A DNA stretch of 54,154 nt from Nitrososphaerota archaeon (GTDB lineage Archaea > Thermoproteota > Nitrososphaeria > Nitrososphaerales > Nitrosopumilaceae): contig VHBM01000001.1 in the NCBI GenBank assembly GCA_016871975.1, forward strand, positions 1 through 54,154, given 5' to 3'. Shown here one piece after another: positions 19,793 through 29,659 of this stretch (positions within the stretch are counted from its first letter, which is position 1; every line of letters starts with the position of its first letter). The translations under genes and the position numbers were made by a program. The notes beneath the pieces are model-generated. The model worked only from the letters and a program-made list of their open reading frames with translations, had not been told where the DNA came from and made no database searches.

Positions 19793-19918
19793 GTTGGGAT
19801 CATGATCCCCAAAGAGGATCCGTATCTATAGGATCGATCAAAACTCTTCACAAAAAGGTCTGATCATTTGATCCTCAAATACACTTCGAAGTTTATTAAT
19901 AAGGAAATGGTGGCGATC
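19787..19918. promoter_or_regulatory. GATC-dense divergent promoter region of GINS-MCM-Hel308 and rfcS
   Basis: Nine GATC sites (19787, 19798, 19804, 19817, 19832, 19836, 19862, 19870, 19915) and the 14-bp palindrome GGGATCATGATCCC (19796-19809). Confidence 0.6.
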
Positions 19919-19922
19919 AAAT

Positions 19923-20879
19923 GTGTCACTGCAGAATTTAATGTGGGTTGAAAAATATCGTCCCACAAAACTTGCAGATCTAGTAAACCAAAAAGATATT
20001 GTTGGAAGCCTAAGTGTTTTATTAAAAAATCCTCAAGAGATGCCTCACTTTTTGTTTTCCGGTTCTGCGGGTGTTGGAAAAACAACTGCCGCTATATGCA
20101 TATCTCATGAAATACTAGGAGAGCATTGGCATGACTTTACCCTAGAGCTAAATGCATCAGATGAACGTGGAATCAATATGGTAAGAGAACGAGTAAAAAA
20201 ATTCTCGCGCTTTGCTGGCCTTGATACTGAAATTCCATTTAAAATAATTATTCTTGACGAGGCAGATGAAATGACATCTGATGCACAAACTGCCCTGCGA
20301 CGAATAATTGAAGATACATCAAAGTATTGTAGGTTTATTTTAATTGCGAACAACATTTCAAACATTATAGACCCAATTCAGAGTAGATGTGCGGTTTTCA
20401 AGTTTACAAGAATTGCAGAAAAAGATGTTGTGACACATCTAAAAAACATCGCAAAAAAGGAAAAAGTGAAGGTTGATGAGAAAGGACTAAGTGCCATTTA
20501 TGATTATTCTGAAGGCGATTTGCGTCATGCAATAAACGTAATGCAAGCAGCTGCAAGTTTGGGAAGTATAACTGAGGAAAATGTCAAAAAGTCTGCTGGA
20601 CTAACAAAAACAAATGATGTTGATGTTGTACTAAAACTTGCACTTGGTGGAAAACTTGCAGATGCCAGAAACAAAATGATTGAGCTCATCAAGGTTTACG
20701 GAATGTCAGAATCTGATTTTTTAAAATACATCAATCAAAGTGTATTTAAGCAAAAAAATGATCATTTAGAAGAGATTTTGCAGATAATTGCAAAATATGA
20801 TTATAGAATTTTATCAGGTGCAAACCCTGAGATCCAGCTTACATCGCTTTTAGCTGAGCTTGGAAAGTTTGGAAAATAG
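19923..20879 (+). CDS. rfcS: Replication factor C small subunit
   Basis: WVEKYRP, GVGKTT, ELNASDERG, LDEAD, IQSRC, GDLR. Confidence 0.97.
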   Translation: MSLQNLMWVEKYRPTKLADLVNQKDIVGSLSVLLKNPQEMPHFLFSGSAGVGKTTAAICISHEILGEHWHDFTLELNASDERGINMVRERVKKFSRFAGLDTEIPFKIIILDEADEMTSDAQTALRRIIEDTSKYCRFILIANNISNIIDPIQSRCAVFKFTRIAEKDVVTHLKNIAKKEKVKVDEKGLSAIYDYSEGDLRHAINVMQAAASLGSITEENVKKSAGLTKTNDVDVVLKLALGGKLADARNKMIELIKVYGMSESDFLKYINQSVFKQKNDHLEEILQIIAKYDYRILSGANPEIQLTSLLAELGKFGK

Positions 20880-20963
20880 CGCAGAGAGAGGGATTTGAAC
20901 CCTCGCGTGCTTGCGCACACAGGCTCTCAAGGCCCGCGCCCTGCCGAGCTAGGCGACCTCTGC
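20880..20963 (-). tRNA. tRNA-Ser (TGA)
   Basis: Acceptor GCAGAGG/TCTCTGC, anticodon arm CGGGC-CTTGAGA-GCCTG, long variable arm, G discriminator. Confidence 0.93.
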
Positions 20964-21037
20964 GGAATTCGATGCTAACAACTGATTAAAATTTGTTTTA
21001 ATCGTGATTTGATAATATCACATATTATCAAATCTAT

Positions 21038-21060
21038 GAAAAATAAAGAAAGAGAGAGAA
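21038..21060 (-). terminator. Pyrimidine/T-rich tract downstream of ferredoxin
   Basis: Minus strand reads TTCTCTCTCTTTCTTTATTTTT just after the stop codon, typical of archaeal terminators. Confidence 0.4.
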
Positions 21061-21065
21061 GATGT

Positions 21066-21602
21066 CTAGTCGTGTGCGTGTGGATTTGCTTGTCCAGAAC
21101 CTAATTTCTGATAAGTTCCTGCTGCCTTTTCATGGTATTCCAAGTTTGATTGATCAACCTTGACAGCCAGAGGAGGACATACTGAAACGCATGCCATACA
21201 CCATATACAATCATGCTCTCGAATTGGATCGGCTTTGTCGGTAAAGTCCTTTCGCTCTTCTTTAACAGATGAGCCAGTTCCTGCAAAGGTTTCATTTATT
21301 GCCTTTATGGCAGGAATGTCTTTTTCGGTTCTATACCATTGAAATACTTGGACTGGACATGCCTCGATGCATGCACCGTCTGCAACACAAGAATCCCAAT
21401 CAACTGCGACCATTGTACCACTACCACCTAGTGGAACCTGTTTTTCGCCACGGGCCTTGTATGCAGCCTTTACTACGTCACTTTCAAAAGCTTCAGCCTT
21501 TGATCTACCAGGGCCCCAAACCCAATGGAAGTGTTCTCCGTCAGAATGCATTATTTTTCCAATAGGTTTCAGACCTTTTGGATAGTCTTCTGCGATTGGC
21601 AT
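21066..21602 (-). CDS. Dicluster ferredoxin, zinc-ferredoxin (Zfx)-like
   Basis: [12 protein letters not shown] (Asp in place of the second Cys) and [12 protein letters not shown]; His-rich N-terminal extension [13 protein letters not shown]. Confidence 0.9.
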   Translation of the reverse strand: MPIAEDYPKGLKPIGKIMHSDGEHFHWVWGPGRSKAEAFESDVVKAAYKARGEKQVPLGGSGTMVAVDWDSCVADGACIEACPVQVFQWYRTEKDIPAIKAINETFAGTGSSVKEERKDFTDKADPIREHDCIWCMACVSVCPPLAVKVDQSNLEYHEKAAGTYQKLGSGQANPHAHD

Positions 21603-21743
21603 GTAGGTTTTTCGGATAAATGTTATTTAAATCTAGACCAAATTAGTCAAAACTAAATGGATGATCGGTGAAACAAGTAAATTATAACACTGTTTTCACT
21701 ATCTTACTTCCTTACGTTCATATCTTTTGTAAATAAAATTTTG

Positions 21744-22412
21744 ATGTTGGATATTATCAAGTACGATGTATACCGAGGTCCAAACATCGGTGTTTATACT
21801 AAGGTCAATGACAGCTTTGTCTTTTTACCAAACGGATTTGCAAAGACAAAAGCAAAGAATCTAGCAGATTATCTAAAAACTGATTTTATTTTTACATCAG
21901 TTGCGAACACGAGATTAGTTGGCACTCTTATGGCTGTAAACAACAATGGCATACTATTGCCAAACATCAGCTTTGAACATGAACTAGAACATCTGAAAAA
22001 GGCGACCAACCTAAATGTTGAGGTTTTGGATACAAAGTTTACTGCCCTTGGCAATCTTATTTGTGCAAATGACAAAGGAGGCATAATCTCACCTATGATT
22101 CCAAAGGAGAACCTCAAAAAAATTAAAGATGTTTTAGGTATCGAGGTTATTCAAAAAAAGGTTGCAGGATACCACCAAGTTGGAGCAATGATTGTTGCAA
22201 CATCTCATGGAGGAATAATTCATCCAGAAACCGATGATGAGGACATTAAAGTGATCTCAAGCGTTTTGGGTGTAAATGTAGAGCCTGCCACAATAAATGG
22301 TGGAATTCCATTTGTATCATCTGGAATTTTGGCAAATAACAAGTCAATTGTGGTGGGCACTTTAACAAATGGCCCTGAGATAATGATGCTTACTCGAGCC
22401 TTTACAAATTAA
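21744..22412 (+). CDS. eif6: Translation initiation factor aIF-6
   Basis: PNIGVY, TALGNLICANDKG, HPE, TINGGIPFVSSG. Start is one of 21741, 21744 or 21747. Confidence 0.95.
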   Translation: MLDIIKYDVYRGPNIGVYTKVNDSFVFLPNGFAKTKAKNLADYLKTDFIFTSVANTRLVGTLMAVNNNGILLPNISFEHELEHLKKATNLNVEVLDTKFTALGNLICANDKGGIISPMIPKENLKKIKDVLGIEVIQKKVAGYHQVGAMIVATSHGGIIHPETDDEDIKVISSVLGVNVEPATINGGIPFVSSGILANNKSIVVGTLTNGPEIMMLTRAFTN

Positions 22413-23676
22413 GAATAGATTTTGGATTTTTTAAGAGATCATCAACTGTGATTTGTTTTTCCTTTCCATCTAGCATATTACGTAAGATGAGTGATTTTGA
22501 TGAGAATTCTTTTGGTGCTATAATTACTGCAAATTTTGATTCAGAGGCAGATTCCATTTGTTTTTTTAATGGCTTTCCTGAAAGATCAATTTCAACTGGA
22601 ACTCCTTTTTGTCGTAGTTTTGATGCAATACTTGTTGCATGTTTTTGCATCTCTTCATTTACATATAAAACATAAACCGATTTTGATTGTTCTAGCTTTA
22701 CAATTTTTTGTTCTTCCATTGTTAGTATGATTCGCTCGACTCCACCGGCAACTCCTGTTGCGCCAAGATCTTTTCTGCCAAATGCCTTTGCCAAACTGTC
22801 ATATCTTCCTCCACCAGCCAAAGCTCCAAGATCAGACTTTTCATCAAAAACCTCAAAAACCATTCCAGAATAGTAGTCTAGCCCTCTTACTATTCCAAAG
22901 TTTATTCTAATGTTTTTTACATCACGGTTTTGAAGTGAATTCCATAGATTTTTGAGATCTGACCAAGATTCTAGCCTTGAGGCATCAAGTTTCTTTTCAA
23001 TTTCGATTAGGCTTCCTTTTATCTTTGAAAATTCTAGTATTTTTTCTAAATTTTCCTTAGAATGACCCTTTTTTTGATATTCTAAAAGAATTTCATTTTT
23101 TGATTTCTTTGAAAGCTTGTCAACTGCTCTTAAAATGTCTGAGATCTTTACTTTGTCTTCGGTTCCTAGTACAGATTTGATATAAGACTCTATGAGGCTT
23201 CTATGATTTATGTCAACTATGATGTGTTTTAGTCCCAATCCATCAAAGAGTCTTGATGTAAACTCGATTACTTCAGCTTCGGATTCTATGCTTGGCTTTC
23301 CATAAATTTCGATATTCCATTGATGGAAGAATCTGTATCGTCCTTTTTGTGGTTCATCATATCTCCACACTCCACCAAATGATGACATTTTTGCTGGCAG
23401 CTTGAGTGACTTTTGCGATACTACATACCGTGTTAGACCTACAGTAAAATCAAATCGTAGTGCAATATCTCGTTCGCCTTTGTCTTTGAAATAATAGATT
23501 TCATCTCGGATCGCAGCTCCACTTTTTGCCTCAAGAGTAGATAGCAGCTCAATTGGGGATGGTTCTATTTGTTTGAATCCAAAAAGTTCTGATGTTTCAA
23601 GAAATTTTTTTCTAACAAATTCGATTTTTCCAAGCTCGGCTTGTTCAAAATCCTTCATTCCACGTGGTAGTTCCAA
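22402..23676 (-). CDS. hisS: Histidyl-tRNA synthetase
   Basis: PRGMKD, LRFDFT, RYDEPQKGRYR, RGLDYY, GGGRYD, GVERI. Confidence 0.97.
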   Translation of the reverse strand: MELPRGMKDFEQAELGKIEFVRKKFLETSELFGFKQIEPSPIELLSTLEAKSGAAIRDEIYYFKDKGERDIALRFDFTVGLTRYVVSQKSLKLPAKMSSFGGVWRYDEPQKGRYRFFHQWNIEIYGKPSIESEAEVIEFTSRLFDGLGLKHIIVDINHRSLIESYIKSVLGTEDKVKISDILRAVDKLSKKSKNEILLEYQKKGHSKENLEKILEFSKIKGSLIEIEKKLDASRLESWSDLKNLWNSLQNRDVKNIRINFGIVRGLDYYSGMVFEVFDEKSDLGALAGGGRYDSLAKAFGRKDLGATGVAGGVERIILTMEEQKIVKLEQSKSVYVLYVNEEMQKHATSIASKLRQKGVPVEIDLSGKPLKKQMESASESKFAVIIAPKEFSSKSLILRNMLDGKEKQITVDDLLKNPKSILNL

Positions 23677-23791
23677 ATTACTGAATCGTTACCAAATAAT
23701 GATTTAAGACTTTACGAATGAAACTATAACGTTGTTACTTTTAGGTTCATGCATTCCCTATTAATATCTCGTAATTGTTTCAAAGAACAAA

Positions 23792-24208
23792 ATGAGCTAC
23801 AAGCTATTAGAACACGCAACAGATGCTGTCATTGAAATAACTGCGTCTAGTCTAAAAGAAGCATTTGTTGTTGCTGGTCAATCTGTTGTAGATATTACAT
23901 TAGATTCAGAAAAAGTGGAAGAAAGAGAACAAAGAATGCTTAAAGTTGCAGGAAAAGACCTGCAATATCTTTTGTTTAACTGGCTTGAAGAGGTAAATTA
24001 TCAGCTAATCACAGAAGGTTTTGCAATTCATAGATTTTCAGTTGATATTTCAAAAAATTCAGAATACAAACTAAATGCAACGGCATATGGCGAGCCACTC
24101 GATTTACAAAAACATCGCTTTAGAGTAGAGATAAAGGCACCAACGTTTCATGAAATGGAAATAAGCGAAGGCAAGGAAGTAGTAATGCGATTTCTTTTAG
24201 ATCTGTAA
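23792..24208 (+). CDS. Archease
   Basis: Y-x-x-LEH-x-x-D at the N-terminus, EIKAPTFH, C-terminal DL. Confidence 0.93.
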   Translation: MSYKLLEHATDAVIEITASSLKEAFVVAGQSVVDITLDSEKVEEREQRMLKVAGKDLQYLLFNWLEEVNYQLITEGFAIHRFSVDISKNSEYKLNATAYGEPLDLQKHRFRVEIKAPTFHEMEISEGKEVVMRFLLDL

Positions 24209-24243
24209 TGATTCATAAATAATCAAATCATATCTTTTGTATT

Positions 24244-24645
24244 ATGGAAGACCCAGAGCTTGAAAGAATCAAAGAAAAAAAGCTAGCTGAACTTCTAAAA
24301 AGGCAGACAGAGTTTAAGGCTCAACAAGAACTCGATGTAATTGATCTAAACGAATCAAACTTTGATCAAGTAATTGCAAGTGATACTCCGACGCTTGTTG
24401 ATTTTTGGGCAGAGTGGTGCGGTCCATGCAGAATGATGCATCCAGTTTTTACAAGGCTTGCAAAAAAATACCCAAAAGTACGCTTTGCCAGATTAAACGT
24501 TGATCATTCACAAAGCATTGCAATGAGGTTTGGAGTGCAGGCAATACCAACATTTATCATGTTCAAGTCGGGCGTGCCTGTAGATAGAATGATGGGTGCT
24601 GTTGGCGAGCCAGGAATGCATATGATCTGCCAAAAGTATTCATAA
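24244..24645 (+). CDS. Thioredoxin with N-terminal helical extension
   Basis: DFWAEWCGPC and IPT; DPELERIKEKKL leader. Confidence 0.93.
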   Translation: MEDPELERIKEKKLAELLKRQTEFKAQQELDVIDLNESNFDQVIASDTPTLVDFWAEWCGPCRMMHPVFTRLAKKYPKVRFARLNVDHSQSIAMRFGVQAIPTFIMFKSGVPVDRMMGAVGEPGMHMICQKYS

Positions 24646-24693
24646 ATTGATGATTTAAAAAATTAATATCGTCACCGTTTTGTTGTAGAGCAG

Positions 24694-25863
24694 ATGTCGG
24701 ATACAGGATCTAGAGGAAATAATGAACAAGTTTCGATTATAGTTCCAACATATAATGAATCGCAAAACATACTTGCCATCTTAAAATCAATTGAGCAAAA
24801 TTTACCAAAAAATAAACCTGTTGAGACTATCGTAGTAGATGATAATTCGCCAGATGGGACTGGCAGTATTGTTGAAGAATACATTAACACTGTGAAAAAA
24901 GCCGCAGGATACACTATTGGAGTTATTCGCAGAAAAGCAAAGGAAGGACTTAGTTCTGCAATCCTGAAAGGAATTGAGAGTTCAAAAGGTCAAACAATTG
25001 TAGTTATGGATAGCGATCGTTCTCATCCACCAGACATTATTCCAAAAATGGTAGACACATTAGATAATTCCGAGTGCGATATTGTTGTAGCATCAAGATA
25101 TGTAAAAGGAGGCGCGGTTTCAGGATGGTCAGTAAAACGAAAACTAATCAGCAAAGTAGCAACAAAAATTGCACAACATGGTCTTGGGGTTGGACAAAAG
25201 GATCCCTTGTCTGGGTTTTTTGCATTCAAGCGAAACATACTTGATGGTTTAAAGCTTGACGCTATTGGATACAAAATGCTACTTGAGATTCTTGTAAAAA
25301 CAAAAGGGGTTCGCGTAAAGGAGATTCCATATACATTTACAAACAGAATGCAAGGTGAAAGCAAGCTTGGAACACCTGTAGTTTTTGATTACATCAGATC
25401 TGTTTGGAAATTATACAGATATGGTACATTGCAAAGGAGGCAAGAAAAACGTGCCTCAGTACGTTTCCTGTCAAAGGCTGCCAGATTTTATACTGTTGGC
25501 GCGTCTGGTTTAGTTGTAAACTATCTAATGTCGCTTTTGTTTGCAACTGAAATTGCAAGCCTTTGGTATCTTCATGCAAATGTAGTTGGGATCATGTCCT
25601 CTATGACTACAAATTTTGTACTCAACAAAATATGGACGTTTGAAGACAGAAATTTTGTGCCTAGAAGAACGCTGACACAATATGGAAAATTTGTTGGATT
25701 TAGTTCAATTGGGGCACTAATACAGTTAGGATTTGTCTTTTATCTTGTCGAAAATTATAGTTTAATGTATCCACAAGCACTGATATTAGCTGTACTTGTT
25801 GCAGCGTTTGGAAACTTTATTTTAAACAAGAAACTGACCTTCAAGGAAAATCTTTTGGATTAA
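24694..25863 (+). CDS. Polyprenol-phosphate mannosyltransferase-like GT2 fused to a GtrA membrane domain
   Basis: IVPTYNE, VVDDNSPDGT, MDSD-x-SH, SRY, SGFF; C-terminal GtrA-like NFVLNKIWTF. Confidence 0.9.
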   Translation: MSDTGSRGNNEQVSIIVPTYNESQNILAILKSIEQNLPKNKPVETIVVDDNSPDGTGSIVEEYINTVKKAAGYTIGVIRRKAKEGLSSAILKGIESSKGQTIVVMDSDRSHPPDIIPKMVDTLDNSECDIVVASRYVKGGAVSGWSVKRKLISKVATKIAQHGLGVGQKDPLSGFFAFKRNILDGLKLDAIGYKMLLEILVKTKGVRVKEIPYTFTNRMQGESKLGTPVVFDYIRSVWKLYRYGTLQRRQEKRASVRFLSKAARFYTVGASGLVVNYLMSLLFATEIASLWYLHANVVGIMSSMTTNFVLNKIWTFEDRNFVPRRTLTQYGKFVGFSSIGALIQLGFVFYLVENYSLMYPQALILAVLVAAFGNFILNKKLTFKENLLD

Positions 25864-25930
25864 CCTACACATTATAGAACCTGACAAAACTATCTCAAAA
25901 CTTTAATTCCGATGAAACACGAATGTTGTA

Positions 25931-26407
25931 ATGGGCACAAAACCTATTCCAAAAGGATTTCACACACTCACAGCCAATCTTGTAGTAAAAAATGCCGCTG
26001 ATGCAATTGAGTTTTATAAAAAAGCGTTTGGCGCTCAAGAAATTTACAAAGATTATGCACCACATGGTAAAAACATAATGCATGCAGAGCTCAAAATTGG
26101 TGACTCGATCATAATGCTAAATGATGAATTTCCTTCTTGGAATGTACTTTCACCAAAATCAATAGGTGGTAGTGCAGTTACAATTCACATGTATGTGGGT
26201 GATGTAGACAAAATATTCAATCAGGCAGTAGCTGCAGGAGCTAAAGTAACAATGCCACTCATGGACACATTTTGGGGAGATAGATATGGACATCTAGAAG
26301 ACCCTTTTGGCCACAAGTGGTCCATTGCAACACATAAAAAAGATCTGTCTCGTGAAGAAATTCGCATGGCTGCAGAAGAATTCTTTGCAAATATGGTCAA
26401 ACAATAG
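25931..26407 (+). CDS. VOC/glyoxalase family protein (PhnB-like)
   Basis: AIEFYKKAFGA, HAELKIGDS, FWGDRYG-x-x-x-DPFGHKW. Confidence 0.92.
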   Translation: MGTKPIPKGFHTLTANLVVKNAADAIEFYKKAFGAQEIYKDYAPHGKNIMHAELKIGDSIIMLNDEFPSWNVLSPKSIGGSAVTIHMYVGDVDKIFNQAVAAGAKVTMPLMDTFWGDRYGHLEDPFGHKWSIATHKKDLSREEIRMAAEEFFANMVKQ

Positions 26408-26417
26408 GATTTGTAGT

Positions 26418-26591
26418 TTAAGAAGAGAATAATTTTGTAAAATAGATTTTCTTTAAACAGTTTTGACACATGCAGTCTTTTAGTTCATCGATTTTATCTC
26501 TGCTTAATTTTGGATACGAACTGCACCAGCATGTGTCTTTATCCTCATCACATTCAAATGAATTTCCACATTTTGAGCAAATTTTTTCCAA
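26418..26591 (-). CDS. Cysteine-rich CWC family small protein (57 aa; absent from the ORF track)
   Basis: Manual translation from TTG: MEKICSKCGNSFECDEDKDTCWCSSYPKLSRDKIDELKDCMCQNCLKKIYFTKLFSS. Pattern C-x2-C-x5-C, CWC, C-x-C-x2-C. Confidence 0.85.
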   Translation of the reverse strand: MEKICSKCGNSFECDEDKDTCWCSSYPKLSRDKIDELKDCMCQNCLKKIYFTKLFSS

Positions 26592-26626
26592 TAGGACATA
26601 TAAGAAAATGAGTGTCTTTTATGATT

Positions 26627-28408
26627 TTAGTATGCGTATGCAGGATCTATCTTGCGTTGAATTGCCACTATGTTGTTTAGTACAGCAATCTCTTCAGAAG
26701 AAAGTTTGTGCGCAAATTTCTTTAGTAGTTGTTTTGTCTCATGTGACGGGGGAAGAGTATAAAAAATGTCTTCTTCGTGTATTTGTCTTCCAATTGTAAT
26801 GCCTTGTACTGAACATGCAACTTCTGTGCCAGCCTTTACAGAATCTACGGTTTTTTTATCCTCTTGAAGCTGGTGTATAACTCCAATTCTTTTTCCATTT
26901 TTGTTCATAAAAGGTATTTTTTGTCGTAATGTTCCAACATCTACTTTAATTCCAAATACTGCAGGATCGTTGTTGTGAAAAACATATCCTTTTAGAAATG
27001 TGAACTTGGCAACTGGTGTAAGCTCAGAAAATATTGCATCTTCCTCATGTAGTTTGTCTTCATCAACCCATGCAGTATAGTTGTCAATCAGACTGTAGAT
27101 TACTTTATCAGTGAATATTTTGATGTGGTGATCATCGGCTTCCTGTTGTGCCTCTTGCATTACTTTAACATTAAACGCCAAAATAATGCCCAAATGTCTG
27201 TCGTTTTCTTTTATTGCCTTTGCCTCTATAACATCGCGCCGGTTTACAGGTCCAATGTCACCTTTTGCTATTGGCACCTGTACACGTTTTAGCATCTCAG
27301 TTACTGCTTCAAGTGAACCAATTGTATCGCATTTTAAGATGACACCGTTTGATTGTGTGTCGATAAAAACTGATTTCATCTCAGCCTCAATTAGTTTTTT
27401 AAATTCTGATGCTTCGTCTTCTGATTTTGCAACATAAACCGTACTGCCAGGCAGTACACCTTCTAGTTCAGGTGACGCAATTTTGATTCCAGCAGCTGCT
27501 TGCACCTCATTGACTGGTTTGAATTTGTCTCGCGGATCACGCATCTCGTCAAGTGGTTTTGGGAGAAGTATGGCCTTTGGTTTTGTTGTTATGACAGAGT
27601 CTCTTTTTGCAACTACAACAAGATTCTCTTTTGTCATATAACCATCGATTAGTATCATGTTTGCAGTTGCGCCAAGACCCACATCGTCATTTACTTCAAG
27701 AATTATTCCACGACTAGTTTTTTCTTCCTGCTCTAGTTTTTTCTTTAGATATTGTTGCGTCAGGCCAACTAAAACTGCTAAGAGTTCTGGAATTCCAACG
27801 CCAGTTCTTGCACTGACTGGGACAATTGCTACTTCTTGTTTAAAGTCTTTAACACGATAAAATGCCTCAGATTGATATCCTAAAACTGAAAGTGTTCCAA
27901 CTACGTTATAGAGCTGTTCATCAAGCATTGTTTGGATGGATGGACTTTGTTCCTTGATTGCTTGTGATATGAACTGAGTGTTAGTTTTTTTCCATCCAGA
28001 AAGCATGTCGGTTTTATTTAGTGCTATAACAAATGGAACTTTTCTGCTCTCTAGAATCTTTAGGCTTTCGTTTGTTTGTGGCTGGAATCCACGGTTAATG
28101 TCTACAACAAGGATTGCAATGTCTGCTGCAGAGCCACCTCTAACACGTAGGTTTGTAAATACCTCATGTCCAGGTGTATCAATTACCAAGATTCCAGGAA
28201 TTTTTGTTTCTACTTTACTCATCTTTTCGTAAAGCGGACCACAGATTTTCTTTATGGTCTCATCTGGAAGAAAGCTTGCACCAATGTGCTGTGTAATGCC
28301 ACCTGCTTCTCTTTCCTGAACTCCAGTACCTCTGATTTTATCAAGTAAGGACGTCTTACCAGAGTCTACATGGCCTAATACGGCCACTATTGGCTGTCGT
28401 ACTCGCAA
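26627..28408 (-). CDS. infB: Translation initiation factor aIF5B (IF-2)
   Basis: GHVDSGKT, GGITQHIGA, DTPGHE, NKTD, GSLEA. Confidence 0.98.
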   Translation of the reverse strand: MRVRQPIVAVLGHVDSGKTSLLDKIRGTGVQEREAGGITQHIGASFLPDETIKKICGPLYEKMSKVETKIPGILVIDTPGHEVFTNLRVRGGSAADIAILVVDINRGFQPQTNESLKILESRKVPFVIALNKTDMLSGWKKTNTQFISQAIKEQSPSIQTMLDEQLYNVVGTLSVLGYQSEAFYRVKDFKQEVAIVPVSARTGVGIPELLAVLVGLTQQYLKKKLEQEEKTSRGIILEVNDDVGLGATANMILIDGYMTKENLVVVAKRDSVITTKPKAILLPKPLDEMRDPRDKFKPVNEVQAAAGIKIASPELEGVLPGSTVYVAKSEDEASEFKKLIEAEMKSVFIDTQSNGVILKCDTIGSLEAVTEMLKRVQVPIAKGDIGPVNRRDVIEAKAIKENDRHLGIILAFNVKVMQEAQQEADDHHIKIFTDKVIYSLIDNYTAWVDEDKLHEEDAIFSELTPVAKFTFLKGYVFHNNDPAVFGIKVDVGTLRQKIPFMNKNGKRIGVIHQLQEDKKTVDSVKAGTEVACSVQGITIGRQIHEEDIFYTLPPSHETKQLLKKFAHKLSSEEIAVLNNIVAIQRKIDPAYAY

Positions 28409-28414
28409 TTCTAA

Positions 28415-28816
28415 TCACTCGAATACTACCTTCACTTCCTTTTCAAAACTTTGCTTAGAGTCCGAAGCATGAATTATGTTATCTGTGAATCCTAGCCCAA
28501 AGTCACCACGAATTGATCCTGGTGCAGCTTCAAAAGATTTTGTTGATCCAATCATTAGTCTTGTTGTCTCAATTGCATTATTTCCCTCAATTACGGCTGC
28601 AACTATCCTACCTGATATGATAAATGAAACAAGTTCATTAAAAAATGGTTTTGATTTGTGAACAGAGTAAAACTCTTCTGCTTGTTTTTTTGTAAAATTG
28701 AACATTTTTAATTTCATAACTTTAAATCCTTTTTTTTCAAAACGAGAGATTATTTCGCCAATCAGATTACGCTGTACAGCATCAGGCTTTACAATAAAGA
28801 GGGTTTGTTCTGCCAA
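28415..28816 (-). CDS. ndk: Nucleoside diphosphate kinase
   Basis: KPDAV, PGSIRGDF, NIIHASDS. Confidence 0.97.
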   Translation of the reverse strand: MAEQTLFIVKPDAVQRNLIGEIISRFEKKGFKVMKLKMFNFTKKQAEEFYSVHKSKPFFNELVSFIISGRIVAAVIEGNNAIETTRLMIGSTKSFEAAPGSIRGDFGLGFTDNIIHASDSKQSFEKEVKVVFE

Positions 28817-28817
28817 C

Positions 28818-29021
28818 TTACTTCTTTACTTTGATTCCGCCCTTGACATATTTTTTAGTCCACTTTAGTTTTCGCGGATCGCGTTTCAAAACAAGCATGT
28901 TTTTTTTGCATTTTGATGAACAGGACCAAAGGACGGTTCCATCGTTTTTGACAAGCATGGTGCCAGATCCCTTTGCCACTGGTCTGTCACAAAAGCTGCA
29001 TGGTTTTATTAAAAGGCTCAA
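28818..29021 (-). CDS. rpl24e: 50S ribosomal protein L24e
   Basis: CSFC...G-x-G-x-M-x-VKNDG...CSSKC...PRKLKWT. Confidence 0.96.
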   Translation of the reverse strand: MSLLIKPCSFCDRPVAKGSGTMLVKNDGTVLWSCSSKCKKNMLVLKRDPRKLKWTKKYVKGGIKVKK

Positions 29022-29031
29022 AATTAATCAC

Positions 29032-29244
29032 CTATCTGATCTTCTTTGCTTCTCGCTCAGTTTCTCTTAGCATCAAAACGTCAGACATTCTTACTGAACC
29101 TTTTACGTTTCTTGTAAGAATTCTTCCTTTATCTCTTCCTTCCAAAACTTTCACTCTAACTTGAATTACTTCACCAGCAATTCCTGTTCTTCCTACAATT
29201 TGGATTATTTCTGCAGGGGTGACTTCAGTTTCTGTAGTACTCAT
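29032..29244 (-). CDS. rps28e: 30S ribosomal protein S28e
   Basis: [19 protein letters not shown]. Confidence 0.97.
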   Translation of the reverse strand: MSTTETEVTPAEIIQIVGRTGIAGEVIQVRVKVLEGRDKGRILTRNVKGSVRMSDVLMLRETEREAKKIR

Positions 29245-29627
29245 TTGGCTGACTTGCCACCTTTAATTTTTTTAATTGACTCAATTACTTGGTCAACTAT
29301 ATGTTGTGCATCTCCTGCATCCAATATTGCAGCTGCTGCTGATGTTACATCAATGCCAAGTGCCTTTCCAAGATCCTGTTTGCTTGGAACAAAAGCATAC
29401 TGAGCACCTTGCTCATCACAGATGATTGGGAGGTGTGCAACAACCTCTGGTGGTTCTACGTCTTCAGCTATTACAATTAATTTGCTTAGCCCACGTTCCA
29501 CTGCCTTTGTTGCTTCGTTTGTGCCTTTTCTTACCTTGCCACTTTGAGCTGCAACTCTCACTGCCTCATAAATTGGATTTACAAGGTCTTGTGGAGTTTC
29601 AAATTTTACATAATATGCTTTAGCCAT
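29241..29627 (-). CDS. rpl7ae: Ribosomal/RNA-binding protein L7Ae
   Basis: [36 protein letters not shown]. Confidence 0.97.
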   Translation of the reverse strand: MAKAYYVKFETPQDLVNPIYEAVRVAAQSGKVRKGTNEATKAVERGLSKLIVIAEDVEPPEVVAHLPIICDEQGAQYAFVPSKQDLGKALGIDVTSAAAAILDAGDAQHIVDQVIESIKKIKGGKSAK

Positions 29628-29629
29628 AC

Positions 29630-29659
29630 ATGTTCACCCATAGGGATCATTTCCATCCC
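29630..29659 (-). promoter_or_regulatory. Putative kink-turn in the rpl7ae 5' UTR covering the Shine-Dalgarno
   Basis: Minus strand GGGAUGG-AAAU-GA-U-CCC-UAU-GGG-U-GA-ACAU gives tandem G.A pairs, a U.U pair and a CCC/GGG stem. The SD GGUGA lies within it. Confidence 0.65.

Noticed and set aside
19793..19922. Calling the GATC cluster a replication origin
   Set aside because: No recognisable ORB repeats with G-strings, no long AT-rich unwinding element and no orc1/cdc6 adjacent. Kept only as a regulatory hypothesis.
26470..26799. 109-aa plus-strand ORF
   Set aside because: It overlaps infB and the CWC miniprotein on the opposite strand, both better supported.
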